This document shows positions 21,262 to 31,931 of a DNA stretch of 64,000 nt, piece by piece. Positions within the stretch are counted from its first letter, which is position 1. Every line of letters begins with the position of its first letter. A model generated the notes under the pieces. That model did no database searches. It saw only the letters and a program-made list of their open reading frames with translations, and was not told the DNA's origin. Origin of the DNA: Phycisphaerae bacterium (lineage in GTDB: Bacteria > Planctomycetota > Phycisphaerae > UBA1845 > Fen-1342); assembly GCA_963675745.2 (NCBI GenBank), contig CAXXWX010000027.1:1-64000 (forward strand). The letters are read 5' to 3'. A program made the position numbers and the translations under genes.

Positions 21262-21296
21262 GACCGCCGTTGTCACAAGCTGACAGCGGCGGTTTT
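21262..21296 (+). terminator. Rho-independent terminator after the tRNA-Gly fragment
   Basis: accgccgttgtca-caagc-tgacagcggcggt followed by ttt. Confidence 0.8.
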
Positions 21297-21304
21297 CTGT
21301 TGAC

Positions 21305-22241
21305 GTGGCCGAAGTTCAACCTGCATCACATCCAACATTCTGGCCCCCCCTGCCTTGGCCTTGCCGACCAGGCTGGCGTGCGTGAGAATCTCCTCGTTCA
21401 TGAGCGGAGGGCACCCAATGCCGGATCCGAGACCAGGGCGGCTCACTCCCAAACAGGTGATGTGCGGGCTGCGCAGCGCGTGGCCAACGATCATCGGTGA
21501 TAGACGGCCAATCGCTGCCGATATGCGCATCGATGAACATCTAAGGGCGTGTGGCGAGTGGGATGAGATCGACTTGATGGACGTCGCGCATGCCCTTGAT
21601 CGCTTCTTTAGCACCCGAGTCCCCACGCGGCACGAATGGAAGCGCGACTCGTTCGACCAGTGGGCTGATTTCTTCGGCACAGAGTTGTACTGCCGGACTA
21701 CTGCGGATTGGGAGACTCGATTCACTCCGCGTGTCACTTTTGGGGCGCTCGCACAGTTCATCTCGCAACGCGCAGACGCCATAGTGATCGAACCTGCCAT
21801 GGTTCTCGGAAGACCTTGCGCCACAGCGGGCGCCTTCCGGGCAATCCAGCGCGTGATTGAAACGCTTGGGCCCGCCACGCCACGCTTTGCACCGAGTGCG
21901 CTGGTCTTGAGCGTCATTCGGGGGCACTCTCTCCGCGCTGCGTGGGCGAAACTTCGTTGGATGTCCGAGGACCGGCTTCCCCCGCTCCGCCGAATGTGGA
22001 CGGATCGACTTCGGGATCTCATGGGCGGCTGGGCGTTTCTCGCCGCTCTTGCTGCGGTCCTCGGTGTTCCGCTACTGCCGCTCATGAGCGACCTGCCATG
22101 GGGCGCGCCGACTCTCATCACTGTCAGCGTGGCTGTCGGACTGTGGGTGGCAATTAGGTTCACTATCCACCTCGTCGAGTCGCGATGCGACCCGCTTCCA
22201 GATGGTCTCGACGACTTCCGGTCCGTTGCGCGGGCGATGGT
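21305..22241 (+). repeat. Copy 2 of the ~0.93 kb duplication, including the 5' stub of the methylase gene
   Basis: See copy 1; minus strand reads MQVELRP here versus MLNVELRP in the methylase. Confidence 0.95.
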
Positions 22242-22245
22242 CTAA
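21418..22245 (+). CDS. Hypothetical ACP-like membrane protein (copy 2; lacks the last ~11 residues)
   Basis: Paralog of 19790..20653; GGAGG RBS; same promoter at 21361-21389. Confidence 0.7.
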   Translation: MPDPRPGRLTPKQVMCGLRSAWPTIIGDRRPIAADMRIDEHLRACGEWDEIDLMDVAHALDRFFSTRVPTRHEWKRDSFDQWADFFGTELYCRTTADWETRFTPRVTFGALAQFISQRADAIVIEPAMVLGRPCATAGAFRAIQRVIETLGPATPRFAPSALVLSVIRGHSLRAAWAKLRWMSEDRLPPLRRMWTDRLRDLMGGWAFLAALAAVLGVPLLPLMSDLPWGAPTLITVSVAVGLWVAIRFTIHLVESRCDPLPDGLDDFRSVARAMV

Positions 22246-24260
22246 CGGCGGAGCTCTATCTTGATCACTCCGTACCGGCGAAGCTGATCCGGCTGGATGC
22301 GAATCCGCCATGCGTCACCATCGGCGACAATCGGCAGGTCCACGGGATCGGCATTGTCAGGTGAGTGGAGCGTCGCGGCACTCGGCGTCGCCACGCGGCA
22401 CTCCAGCGTCACGGCCCCCGGCAAGGACGTCGGATTGTAGGGCGGGCCGCTGTATCGGCGGAGCTGCGCGCTCTCGCCGAGATCAAGCGGCGCAACGTTC
22501 AGCAAGTGCGCGACCAGGAAGTCTCCCTTCGATCCGGTCACGCGGTGCATGTTGGCAAGCACCCCCTCGTTTCCCTCGACCAGCCGCCACGGCAACGGTT
22601 CGGCCGCGCGACGCACGTCGGCAAGCAGTCGGCCCCGTAGTTCCTTGTCCCGAGTGTCCTTCCAACTGATCTCGTCAACTCCCGCGGCGAAATAGGGTGT
22701 GTTGAATCTCTGTGTGGCGCCGACCTGCTCGGCGTGATACGTGACACCCGCGGGCGGTGCTGAAATCCAGTCCGCCATTGCCGACTGGGCGCGTTTTGCG
22801 CCGGTCTCGTCGCAGTGTGCCAGATGGTGGGTGGCGATCACTTTCCCGCCCTTCGCCACAAAGTGCCGAATGCCGGCAACCTGGGCATCCGAGAGGCACG
22901 CGGCGTTTGGGAGGATCAGCAGCTTATACCTGGACAAATCGTCGGTCAGGTCGGCATCCAGCACCGTGTCGTACGGGACGTTCTCCTCCGCGAGCATCTC
23001 GGACCACCCCATCCACTCGTGGAGATAGTGTTTCGCGTTACACCCGCCATAGACATCGCGCGTCTGTCGTGAGAACAACACCGCGACGTTGGACAGCGTT
23101 TGGGGAAATCTGAACAACTCCTCGTGGTCTTTTTGCCACGCGAACGCCTCGTCGGGTCGCCCGGGAATGCTGTTCAACCAGAGGCGATCACCCTGCACCA
23201 GGTTGAACGCCCACATGAAAAACAGCTCGTCCTCCGATCGCGTGTAGTTAAGTGTGAACAGCGGTTGTCCGAAGCGGCGGCCAATCCCCAGGTAGTAGTT
23301 GATCTCCGCCGCCTGGGCACGCCAGACGTAAAGGTTGCTGCACGTGAAGTACGCCTCATAGAAATTCAGGTCAACGCCGCGTGCAAACTCCTCGCCGGTC
23401 ATCCCCCACCGGTGCGACAGCGTCAGGTTTGAAGCCCCGGCCAGGCAGCCGAGCAGCGGGATGTCCACACCTGCGTCATCCATCGCCTTGCGCAGATCAA
23501 CGTAATAGTCGCCGCCGGACCGCATCCGGAACCGCAGCCAATCCCGGAACCACGCGTCGTCATAATCTCCCCATCGGGTTGATGTCCCATCGGGAAGCTC
23601 GCCGCCCCCCGACTGCTTGAACTTGGTCCGGCAATGCTCGCAAGCGCACACGTACCAGTCCGGGCAGAACTCGATGTCATCGGACATCAGACCGTCGACG
23701 CCACACTCTTTGACCAGATCCAGGACATAGTCAAAGTACACCTTGCGAAACTTCGGATTGTTGCAGCACAGCATGATGATCTTGTACTGCTCAAAGTACG
23801 GCGGTTTGCCGTCGCGCGCGCTGATGACCGTACAGTCCTCGAGCGGAATCCCGTCCACAACACAGCTCAGGTTATCCGGCGGGACAAACGTCGCGCTGTG
23901 GTGCTCGATGACACGCAGCCCGACCTCGTGGCAGGCTGTGACGATGTTCTTGAGGTTCTCTTTGATCTTCGGAAAGTCCGCGACGTATTGAAAGCGATAG
24001 TGGCGGCCGAATGTGATCACCGTATTGGCGCCGCTCGCCTTGAGCTTCCGTGCGCGCTCGCGCGCGGTGTCGAGGTCACCGAACTCGTCAAAGCGCCAGG
24101 AGATGAAGCGGGCGTCTGCAAGCCACTCATACTTCGTTGTCGTCCCGGTCTCCGCCGCGGGCGACACGCAGACGCCGGCGCAGGCCGCCACGACAACCAC
24201 CGCCAGTCCGAGGCTGTGACACGCACCGCTCAGGCCGCCACTTTCAACACACGCCATCAC
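22242..24260 (-). CDS. Secreted glycoside hydrolase: TIM barrel plus beta-galactosidase-trimerisation-like domain (GH42-like clan)
   Basis: Signal-like N-terminus; CCNNPKFR, VDGLMSDD, CACEHCR.KF, YKLLILPNAACLSD, FVAKGGKVIAT. Confidence 0.8.
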   Translation of the reverse strand: MMACVESGGLSGACHSLGLAVVVVAACAGVCVSPAAETGTTTKYEWLADARFISWRFDEFGDLDTARERARKLKASGANTVITFGRHYRFQYVADFPKIKENLKNIVTACHEVGLRVIEHHSATFVPPDNLSCVVDGIPLEDCTVISARDGKPPYFEQYKIIMLCCNNPKFRKVYFDYVLDLVKECGVDGLMSDDIEFCPDWYVCACEHCRTKFKQSGGGELPDGTSTRWGDYDDAWFRDWLRFRMRSGGDYYVDLRKAMDDAGVDIPLLGCLAGASNLTLSHRWGMTGEEFARGVDLNFYEAYFTCSNLYVWRAQAAEINYYLGIGRRFGQPLFTLNYTRSEDELFFMWAFNLVQGDRLWLNSIPGRPDEAFAWQKDHEELFRFPQTLSNVAVLFSRQTRDVYGGCNAKHYLHEWMGWSEMLAEENVPYDTVLDADLTDDLSRYKLLILPNAACLSDAQVAGIRHFVAKGGKVIATHHLAHCDETGAKRAQSAMADWISAPPAGVTYHAEQVGATQRFNTPYFAAGVDEISWKDTRDKELRGRLLADVRRAAEPLPWRLVEGNEGVLANMHRVTGSKGDFLVAHLLNVAPLDLGESAQLRRYSGPPYNPTSLPGAVTLECRVATPSAATLHSPDNADPVDLPIVADGDAWRIRIQPDQLRRYGVIKIELRR

Positions 24261-24525
24261 AATCCTCCAGTCACCGCGTTCAGACAGCGAGATAGCCGCA
24301 ACGAGCTATAACCGAATTTCATTGACGGAGGAACACGAAAGAGGCGGCGTACTCGCGGGATCTTGAGGCTGCTCAGAGCCGCTCACGCCGGGCGGAGAAC
24401 CTTGCCGCCGGGTATTCAAGTCCGGCACGGGCAATCCGCGTACCCGGCGGTCAATCGCAGCAGCGTTTCGCGCAACGCGCCGCACGCGCTGACCCAATAA
24501 GGCGTCAAGGCTCGGTGAAAACCCG

Positions 24526-25410
24526 CTAGCGACGACGACACAGAGCCAGAGCACCCAGGCCGCATAAGCCCAGCATGCCCGGTTCCGGAACGACGGACAG
24601 GTTATCGTATATCACGAACTGCGATTGGAACGGGTCGGAGACCGAGCTGAACAGGTCGCCGTGTCCCAGGCTGATATAGCCGTTGAGGATTTCCGAAACA
24701 TCCTGGATGATCGGAGTCATCCCCGTCGCTCCGTCGAGCGAATAGGTGATCGTTCCTCCAACGCCGCCCACCAGATCGATCTGAAGCGTTGTCCAGGCAT
24801 TGCCCGGCGAGCCAGCGTATTCGTAGGGTGGGTTCGGGAAGAGGTTCTGATAGGTGTCGCCCGTGGAGTTCGTCGTTTGGAGGTCGTTTAGATAGCTTGC
24901 GTCGCCGGACGGAACCGCGGTAACGCTCGGTTTGAAATGCCGGAAATCTGACGACGATCCACCGTCGCCGTCGAACGCCAGATAGTGACCGCTGCCGGAG
25001 ATCGGCGAGAAAAGCTGGTTAGGCGTGACGCCGTCACCAGCCACGCCGACGTGGGCGTGCTCGGTGGATCCAGAGCTGCCGGTTATACCAATGTACACAT
25101 CAACAAGCAGCGTGTAGTTGATCAGGCCGGCCATCGGCGTGTTGTGGAACGCGGTAATAGCATTCACTTCGCCAAGCGTGTCGTTTGCGGTCATCCGCAG
25201 GCCGCCGCGGTCACCGACCTCCGACCTCGGTGCAAGTGGGATACCAGCGGCGATATAGTCCCAACCGAACGACGCCGTCGCATCCGGGCCGCCCAGTTCG
25301 GCGATGGTGTAGTCAGCCGAGCTGTCCACCTCGAAATCATCCTCGATGATCTGCGCTCCGGCTGCCGAGACGACCGCCACAGCGCACGTCCAAGTTAGCA
25401 GCATTCTCAC
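24526..25410 (-). CDS. PEP-CTERM exosortase-sorted surface protein
   Basis: GTG start after GAGGAG; signal peptide; C-terminus VVPEPGMLGLCGLGALALCRRR. Confidence 0.92.
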   Translation of the reverse strand: MRMLLTWTCAVAVVSAAGAQIIEDDFEVDSSADYTIAELGGPDATASFGWDYIAAGIPLAPRSEVGDRGGLRMTANDTLGEVNAITAFHNTPMAGLINYTLLVDVYIGITGSSGSTEHAHVGVAGDGVTPNQLFSPISGSGHYLAFDGDGGSSSDFRHFKPSVTAVPSGDASYLNDLQTTNSTGDTYQNLFPNPPYEYAGSPGNAWTTLQIDLVGGVGGTITYSLDGATGMTPIIQDVSEILNGYISLGHGDLFSSVSDPFQSQFVIYDNLSVVPEPGMLGLCGLGALALCRRR

Positions 25411-26231
25411 GACGGTGCTCCTCTCATGTGCCCCTGCTGGGATTGTGATGTGAACCCAAGCCGATCTCAGACTCGTGCGGCTCGCGTCACGTCGATCGGC
25501 AGACTGCATACGCACAGTGCGCTTCCGGCCGGAATCGCGACAATTGGTGTCGCGACAGCGTTATCGCACTGGGCCCGAAAATACTAGGCACCGCAACAAG
25601 CTCACTTCCACCTGATGAGTCGAAAACCGGTGGACAACATCGACCACCCAGCGCCGCCAGGCGGGTACCCCGGCGCTATTGTTGAATTGCAGCGGCGATA
25701 TTCGTGTGGAGACATCCCACAGCGGCTGTTTGGTCCCTGACATTCGAGACAGCGGACGCCATTGCGGGCCTGCCGAGCCATCAGTTCTGCAGTTGCGCCA
25801 CCGGCAGACGTCGCGGTTTGGGCCGTGAGCCGCAGATCAGCGCAGCGTTGCAAGCCCGGCGGACACTCCAGCGGTCAGGCTTTCGGTCCGGTACGATCGC
25901 GAAACGAGTGCAGCGGATATTCGCCGGTAGGCCTAGAGCCGCGGCGGTCAATGTGACAACGGTCTGGATCGAAAATAGCAATAGTTGAAACGCTCCCGAC
26001 GCCGTGCGTAACGAGGGCCGAACCGTGATTGTCTGGCCCGTAGCGACCGTGTTGACCGATAACATTCGTAGGACGTTGGGAAGCGCCACGACCGCGCGCA
26101 ACATCACGGCGCGTGCGGCGGGGATGGAGCGCCCCCGGAAGGCATGGTCTCGGTAACGCTACCGGGATCGGCCGCCCCGGGTGCTCGCGCGTGGAGCGGC
26201 CCAAGGTTCCGCGCGTGCTGGAGTGCAAACG

Positions 26232-29200
26232 ATGAGCAAGCCAGGCAAGCGATCGCGGCAGGCCGGCAACCTGCGGGCTCGCGCCGCGAAGCGGATCACC
26301 GGTTCGGACCGGAACCTCGACGCCATGGCCGCTGAGGACGTTCTGGCGCTGGCGCACGAGCTTCAGGCTCGCCAGACCGAACTCGAGCTGCAAAACGAGG
26401 AGCTGCGCCGCACGCAACTTGAGCTCGAGGCGTCGCGTAACAGCTACCGCGAACTCTATGACTTCGCACCGGCGGGATACCTGACGCTTGACCGGTCCGG
26501 CGTGATTATTGAGGCAAACACCACCTCGGCGGGCTTGCTGGGTGTTGAGCGCAGCCAACTGCTCCGCGAGAAACTGGCGCACTTTGTCCGATCCGCCGGA
26601 AGGGAGGCACTTGGGCGACACCTGGCGGACGCGTTCGCGAGCGGCACGCGTCAGTCCTGCGAAATCGAGGTCCAACAACCAGGGGAGGCATCGCACTGCC
26701 TTCGCCTGGAAACCTCGGTCCCCAGGGAGCGGGGCGACACCGGAGATTGCTGCCACGCCCTCCTAATCGACATCACCACGCGCAAACGCGCGGAGCGAGA
26801 TCGCGACGCGATTCTGGAGCTGTCCCACGACCTGATCTGCATCGCCAGTGTCGACGGGTACTTCAAATACGTTAACCCGGCGTGGGAGCGCACGTTGGGC
26901 TACACGACGGACGAGTTGCTCGCCCGGCCGTTTCTGGATTTCATCCACCCGGACGACCATGCCAAGAACGCCATCGAAGTCGAGAGGCTCAGTCAGGGCG
27001 AGCTGACCATCGACTTCGAAAACCGCTATATCGCCAAGGACGGCGCCGTCCACACAATCTCATGGGCGGTGACACCAAGAGTTGACACGGGCATGCTCCA
27101 CTGCGTGGGGCGCGATATCACCGCGCGCCGGCGGGCCGAGGAAGCGCTGCGCGCAAGCGAGGCCAGATTTCGCGGGCTGTTCGACCACATGAGCAGCGGC
27201 GTTGCAGTCTATCGGGCTGTGGATTACGGCCAGGATTTTGTGTTCCTGGACATGAACGCGGCTGCGGAACGAATCGAGCAGGTTTCGAAGGAGAGCATCG
27301 TCGGCAAGCGGGTAACCGAGGCCTTTCCCGCCGTTGAAGAGTTCGGCCTGTTGAGCGTCTTTCGCCGCGTGTACCAAACCGGGCAACCCGAGCATCATCA
27401 GGCCAGCTTCTACCAAGACCAGCGGATCGCCGGCTGGCGTGACAGCCACGCGTACCGCCTGCCCTCCGGAGAGATAGTCGCGGTTTATGACGACATCACC
27501 GAGCGCAAGCAGGCGGAGGAGGCGCTGCGCGAGCATGACGAACGTCTGGCGCTCGCTCTGAACGCCGTCAGCGACGGTGTCTGGGATCTGCGCTTACGGC
27601 CCATTCGATGGAACCGCAGCGACCTCTGGTACAAGCTGACCGGATACGAGCGCGGTGAGCTCGAGCGCTGGGAGGAGGAACACGGTTCGCTCATGCACCC
27701 AGACGACCGACCGGTCGTGGACAGGGCCATGCGCGACCACCTGCGCGGCGCAACGGAGCAGTATCGCGCTGAGTTTCGACTCCGCCACAAGTCGGGCCAG
27801 TGGCGGTGGATTCTGGGGCGTGGGCGGATGGTGGAATGGGACTCCAGCGAAGATGCGCCGCGCATGATCGGCACAGACACGGACATCACCGAACAGAAGC
27901 GCGCCCGGGAAGCGCTGCGGGAGAGCGAGGAGCGCTACCGCGGGATCTTCGACGAATCTGTCGCGGCCATCTATGTGTTTGACGCCGAGAAGAACTTCGT
28001 GGAGTCGAATCAGGCCGGGCTTGACCTGCTGGGTTACTCCCGGGATGAGCTGCTCAGCATGAGCATCCCGGACGTCGACGCGGACCCCGTCGCCGTCCTG
28101 CCGGCACACGATCAGCTTCTTTCGGGCAATCACCTGATCGCCTATGAGCACGGATTGAGAAGAAAGAATGGCGAGATCATCACGGTGCTGAACAACTCCC
28201 GCCCGCTGACTGATGCGACCGGCAACGTAATCGGAATGCAGAGCACGTTGATCGATATCACCGCACGGAAACAGGCGGAACTGGCGCTGCGGGCCAGTGA
28301 GCGCGACTACCGGTTGCTCTTCGAACGCAATCTGGCGGGGGTCTACCGCACAAAGCCGGATGGCACCATCCTGAACTGCAATGATGCCATGGCCAGGATG
28401 TTTGGCTACGCATCGCGCGAGGAGCTAATCTCCGTCCGGGCGCAGGATCTGTATCTGGACGCTCTCGACCGCGAGGATTCCATTGACCGGCTTTGCAGAG
28501 TTGGTGTTCTGACGAACTCGGAATGCCGCATGCAGCGGAAAGACGGCTCACCCATCGATGTTCTGGAGACCGTGCAGGTCGTACCGGATGAAGATGGGGA
28601 ATCATGGACCATCTTCGGCACGATGATTGACGTGACGGATAGCAAGCGGGCGGAGATGGCCCTGCGCGATTCGGAGGAACGCTACCGCAGCGTCTTCGAG
28701 CAAGCGGCCGAGTCGATCGTGGTAATCGATGCGGAAACCGGGGAACTGATCGAGTTCAATGACCGAGCGCACGAAGTCCTGGGTTATACGCGCGCTGAGT
28801 TCAGGGAACTCGGAATTGCCGACATTGACATGATCGACTCAGCCGATGACGTTGCCCGGCGTCTTGAGCGGATCGTGGAAACAGGCGCCGAGTCGTTTGA
28901 GACCAGGCAGCGGACCAAGACGGGTGACGTGCGCTCTGTGCTGGTGAGCGGTCGGGTGCTTCGCATTCCTGGCCGAAAGCTCATCTCGGCGATTGTGGCC
29001 GACCTCACGGAGTACAAACGCAAGGAGCAGGAACTCGAAGAGGCTCACCGGCAGTTGTTGCAGGCATCACGCCGGGCGGGGATGTCCGAGGTGGCGACCG
29101 ATGTGCTGCACAACGTCGGCAATGTGCTCAACAGCATCAACGTATCGGCCGGCCTGGTGAGCGAGAAGATCCGGGGATTCAGGGTGCCGAGCCTGACCAG

Positions 29201-29912
29201 GGCCACGATGCTGATGTCCGAGCACGCGCACGACCTGGGTAATTTCATCACACAGGACGAGCGCGGCAGGCAGTTGCCGGGCTATCTGACGAGACTCGCC
29301 GACCACCTCACCGACGAACAGGCCGACGTATTGGGCGAGCTGCGCTCCCTGACCCAGAACATCGAGCACGTTAAGAACATCATCAGCATGCAACAGTCCC
29401 TGGCCGGGATGGCCGGCGTCATCGAGCCGGTGCGAATCAGCGACCTGCTGGACGACCTGTTGAAAATGGATGCTGACTCGCGCGACCGGCGTGGCGTGCA
29501 GGTGGTCTGCGAGTACGACGAGCTTCCCGCGATCGTCGTCGACAAGCACAAGCTCACGCAGATCCTGGTGAACCTGCTGAAGAATGCCAAGGACGCGCTG
29601 GCCGACTGTTCGGGCTCAGATAAGCAGTTGACCTTGCGGCTGAAAACTCCAGACACGCGGCACATCAGAATCGAGGTAGCCGACAATGCCAAGGGAATAC
29701 CGCCGGAACACCTGACGAAGATTTTTGCGCATGGTTTTACAACCAAGAAGGATGGACATGGCTTTGGTTTGCACGGCAGCGCGTTGGCAGCGACGGAGCT
29801 GGGCGGCTCGTTGACGGCTCACAGCGATGGGCCGGGTCGGGGAGCGACTTTTGCGCTTGAGTTGCCCTTGCGGGCGGCGGAGAAGAACGATGTCTGGCGC
29901 GACAAACTGTAG
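26232..29912 (+). CDS. Cytoplasmic multi-PAS (about seven PAS/PAC) sensor histidine kinase
   Basis: Repeated DIT.RK.AE linkers; H-box variant ATDVLHNVGNVLNS; NLLKNA, FTTKKDGHGFGL. Confidence 0.95.
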   Translation: MSKPGKRSRQAGNLRARAAKRITGSDRNLDAMAAEDVLALAHELQARQTELELQNEELRRTQLELEASRNSYRELYDFAPAGYLTLDRSGVIIEANTTSAGLLGVERSQLLREKLAHFVRSAGREALGRHLADAFASGTRQSCEIEVQQPGEASHCLRLETSVPRERGDTGDCCHALLIDITTRKRAERDRDAILELSHDLICIASVDGYFKYVNPAWERTLGYTTDELLARPFLDFIHPDDHAKNAIEVERLSQGELTIDFENRYIAKDGAVHTISWAVTPRVDTGMLHCVGRDITARRRAEEALRASEARFRGLFDHMSSGVAVYRAVDYGQDFVFLDMNAAAERIEQVSKESIVGKRVTEAFPAVEEFGLLSVFRRVYQTGQPEHHQASFYQDQRIAGWRDSHAYRLPSGEIVAVYDDITERKQAEEALREHDERLALALNAVSDGVWDLRLRPIRWNRSDLWYKLTGYERGELERWEEEHGSLMHPDDRPVVDRAMRDHLRGATEQYRAEFRLRHKSGQWRWILGRGRMVEWDSSEDAPRMIGTDTDITEQKRAREALRESEERYRGIFDESVAAIYVFDAEKNFVESNQAGLDLLGYSRDELLSMSIPDVDADPVAVLPAHDQLLSGNHLIAYEHGLRRKNGEIITVLNNSRPLTDATGNVIGMQSTLIDITARKQAELALRASERDYRLLFERNLAGVYRTKPDGTILNCNDAMARMFGYASREELISVRAQDLYLDALDREDSIDRLCRVGVLTNSECRMQRKDGSPIDVLETVQVVPDEDGESWTIFGTMIDVTDSKRAEMALRDSEERYRSVFEQAAESIVVIDAETGELIEFNDRAHEVLGYTRAEFRELGIADIDMIDSADDVARRLERIVETGAESFETRQRTKTGDVRSVLVSGRVLRIPGRKLISAIVADLTEYKRKEQELEEAHRQLLQASRRAGMSEVATDVLHNVGNVLNSINVSAGLVSEKIRGFRVPSLTRATMLMSEHAHDLGNFITQDERGRQLPGYLTRLADHLTDEQADVLGELRSLTQNIEHVKNIISMQQSLAGMAGVIEPVRISDLLDDLLKMDADSRDRRGVQVVCEYDELPAIVVDKHKLTQILVNLLKNAKDALADCSGSDKQLTLRLKTPDTRHIRIEVADNAKGIPPEHLTKIFAHGFTTKKDGHGFGLHGSALAATELGGSLTAHSDGPGRGATFALELPLRAAEKNDVWRDKL

Positions 29913-31230
29913 CAACCAGCGCATCCTGGTGATCGACGACAACCGCGCGATCCATGATGACTACCGCAAGATCCTCGGCGCCAACCGAGGCCCGGTTGCC
30001 GGCCTTAACCGGACGGAAGCCACGCTGTTTGGCGATGTCAAAGCCAGCGCCAGCATGCCTGGTTTTGAAATCGACTCGGCGTACCAGGGGCAGGAGGGCC
30101 TGGAATTGGTGCGCCAGGCGCAGCGGACCGGGCGTCCGTACGCCGTCGCGTTTGTGGATGTTCGCATGCCCCCCGGGTGGGATGGTATCGCCACCATAGC
30201 CCGCCTGTGGCGGGAGGCCCCAGACCTCGAGGTCGTCGTCTGCACGGCATACTCCGATTACACCTGGGAGGAGATGATCCAGACGCTGGGTGACACTGAT
30301 CACCTGCTGATTCTCAAGAAGCCGTTCGACAACGCCGAGGTTCGTCAATTGGCCTGTGCACTCAGCAGAAAATGGGAACTGGCCTGCCGCGTACGCCACA
30401 CGGTCGAGGCGCTCGAAGACGCCGTCGCGGAGCGGACACGCGAACTGCAACAACGGACGATGCAACTCGAGAAGACGCACGCGCAGTTGCTACAGGCACA
30501 GAAACTGGAGTCGATCGGGCGCTGCTCGGTAAGCATTGCTCACGAGATCAGCCAACCGCTTACCGCGATTATGGGCCATGCTGAGGCCGGAAGATTGGCC
30601 GCCCAATGCGTGGAGGGTATTCCGGACAGGGTACTGCGTGATCTGGAGATCGTGGCCGCACAAGCCAACCGTGCCGCCGAGATCATCCGGCGTTTCAAGG
30701 CCTTTGTTTGCGAAGGCACGCTGGATTTGTCGACTGTGGACCTGAACGAGCTCGTCCGTGAGACCATGCACTTCGTCGGATCCGAGGCGCGAGCCCGCGG
30801 TATCCGAACGCAATTGGATCTATCGGGGAGCTTACCGCCCGTCCCCGCCGACCCGATCCACGTACAACAGGTAATCTCGAACCTTGCGCAAAACGCAATC
30901 GAGGCCATGGGCCAAGACGACACGGGCGAGCACAAGTTGGTTGTCAGAACAAGAGAGGCGGAAGGAGGCTCGGTCGAGATCGCGGTTTGCGACACGGGGC
31001 CCGGGGTGCCCCAGCCGGTTCTCGACAGGCTGTTTGAACCATTTTTCACGACCAAGTTTGGGGGCATGGGGATGGGGTTGGCCATCAGCCGCTCAATCAT
31101 CGAAACCCATGGCGGCCGCCTCTGGGCGGCCCCGAACCCCGACCGTGGCATGACACTCCGGTTCACGCTACCGTTGTCCAAGGCAGAGGAACATGATGAA
31201 TGCCGACAGCACTGTGTTTCTAGTGGATGA
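29890..31230 (+). CDS. REC-histidine kinase hybrid with a FixL-like transmitter
   Basis: RILVIDDN, FVDVRMPPGWDG, KKPFD; IAHEISQPL, NLAQNA, FFTTKFGGMGMGL. Confidence 0.95.
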   Translation: MSGATNCSNQRILVIDDNRAIHDDYRKILGANRGPVAGLNRTEATLFGDVKASASMPGFEIDSAYQGQEGLELVRQAQRTGRPYAVAFVDVRMPPGWDGIATIARLWREAPDLEVVVCTAYSDYTWEEMIQTLGDTDHLLILKKPFDNAEVRQLACALSRKWELACRVRHTVEALEDAVAERTRELQQRTMQLEKTHAQLLQAQKLESIGRCSVSIAHEISQPLTAIMGHAEAGRLAAQCVEGIPDRVLRDLEIVAAQANRAAEIIRRFKAFVCEGTLDLSTVDLNELVRETMHFVGSEARARGIRTQLDLSGSLPPVPADPIHVQQVISNLAQNAIEAMGQDDTGEHKLVVRTREAEGGSVEIAVCDTGPGVPQPVLDRLFEPFFTTKFGGMGMGLAISRSIIETHGGRLWAAPNPDRGMTLRFTLPLSKAEEHDECRQHCVSSG

Positions 31231-31807
31231 TGATCCTGATGTCCGTCAGTCGCTCACGCGGTTGATGGAGGAACTCGCGCAACCGATCAAGACATTCGGT
31301 AGTGCGCGCGAATTCCTGGACGCCTATGACGCGGCCGACGCCGGCTGCCTGGTGCTCGACGTGCGCATGCCCGACATGAGCGGCACTGAGCTGCAGAAGA
31401 AACTACTGGCGGACGGCATTCCGATTCCCGTCATCATAATCACCGGCCATGGGGATGTGCCGATGGCCGTTGAAGCGCTACAGCGAGGGGCGATCGGCTT
31501 TATTGAGAAACCGATTCGCCCACAGGTGCTGATCGACCACATTCAGCGCGCCCTGGCTCGGGATTTGGAGGATCGTCGCCGCGAAGCGGAGCGCCAAGCC
31601 CTGGCCGCGCGTGTGGCACTACTCACGCCGCGGGAGCGCGAGGTTGTGGACCTGGCTGTCTCCGGCCTGACGAACAAGGCAATCGCAGCCCAGCTGGGTG
31701 TCAGCCCCCAGGCCATCGATGCCCACCGCACGAAGGCCCTGACGAAGATGGACGCCGACAACGTTCCCGAGCTCGTGAAGCTAATGCTCTGCGTCGACGC
31801 CGGGTAG
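31193..31807 (+). CDS. FixJ/LuxR-family DNA-binding response regulator
   Basis: VFLVDDD, LDVRMP, TGHGDVPMAVEA, LTPREREV, NKAIAAQLGVS. Confidence 0.95.
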   Translation: MMNADSTVFLVDDDPDVRQSLTRLMEELAQPIKTFGSAREFLDAYDAADAGCLVLDVRMPDMSGTELQKKLLADGIPIPVIIITGHGDVPMAVEALQRGAIGFIEKPIRPQVLIDHIQRALARDLEDRRREAERQALAARVALLTPREREVVDLAVSGLTNKAIAAQLGVSPQAIDAHRTKALTKMDADNVPELVKLMLCVDAG

Positions 31808-31931
31808 GCCATTCCAACCGCGTGGCTGACCAGGCCAACCAACTTGCTGAATCTTCCATCTAGCCACGCCAACTCACCTTTTGGATACTCATCTCCAGTG
31901 GCGCATCATGCGTCACCATCGGGAGCATGCG

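Noticed and set aside
25520..26230. ORFs in the divergent region between the PEP-CTERM gene and the first kinase
   Set aside because: Short overlapping frames with no protein-like features; probably regulatory DNA
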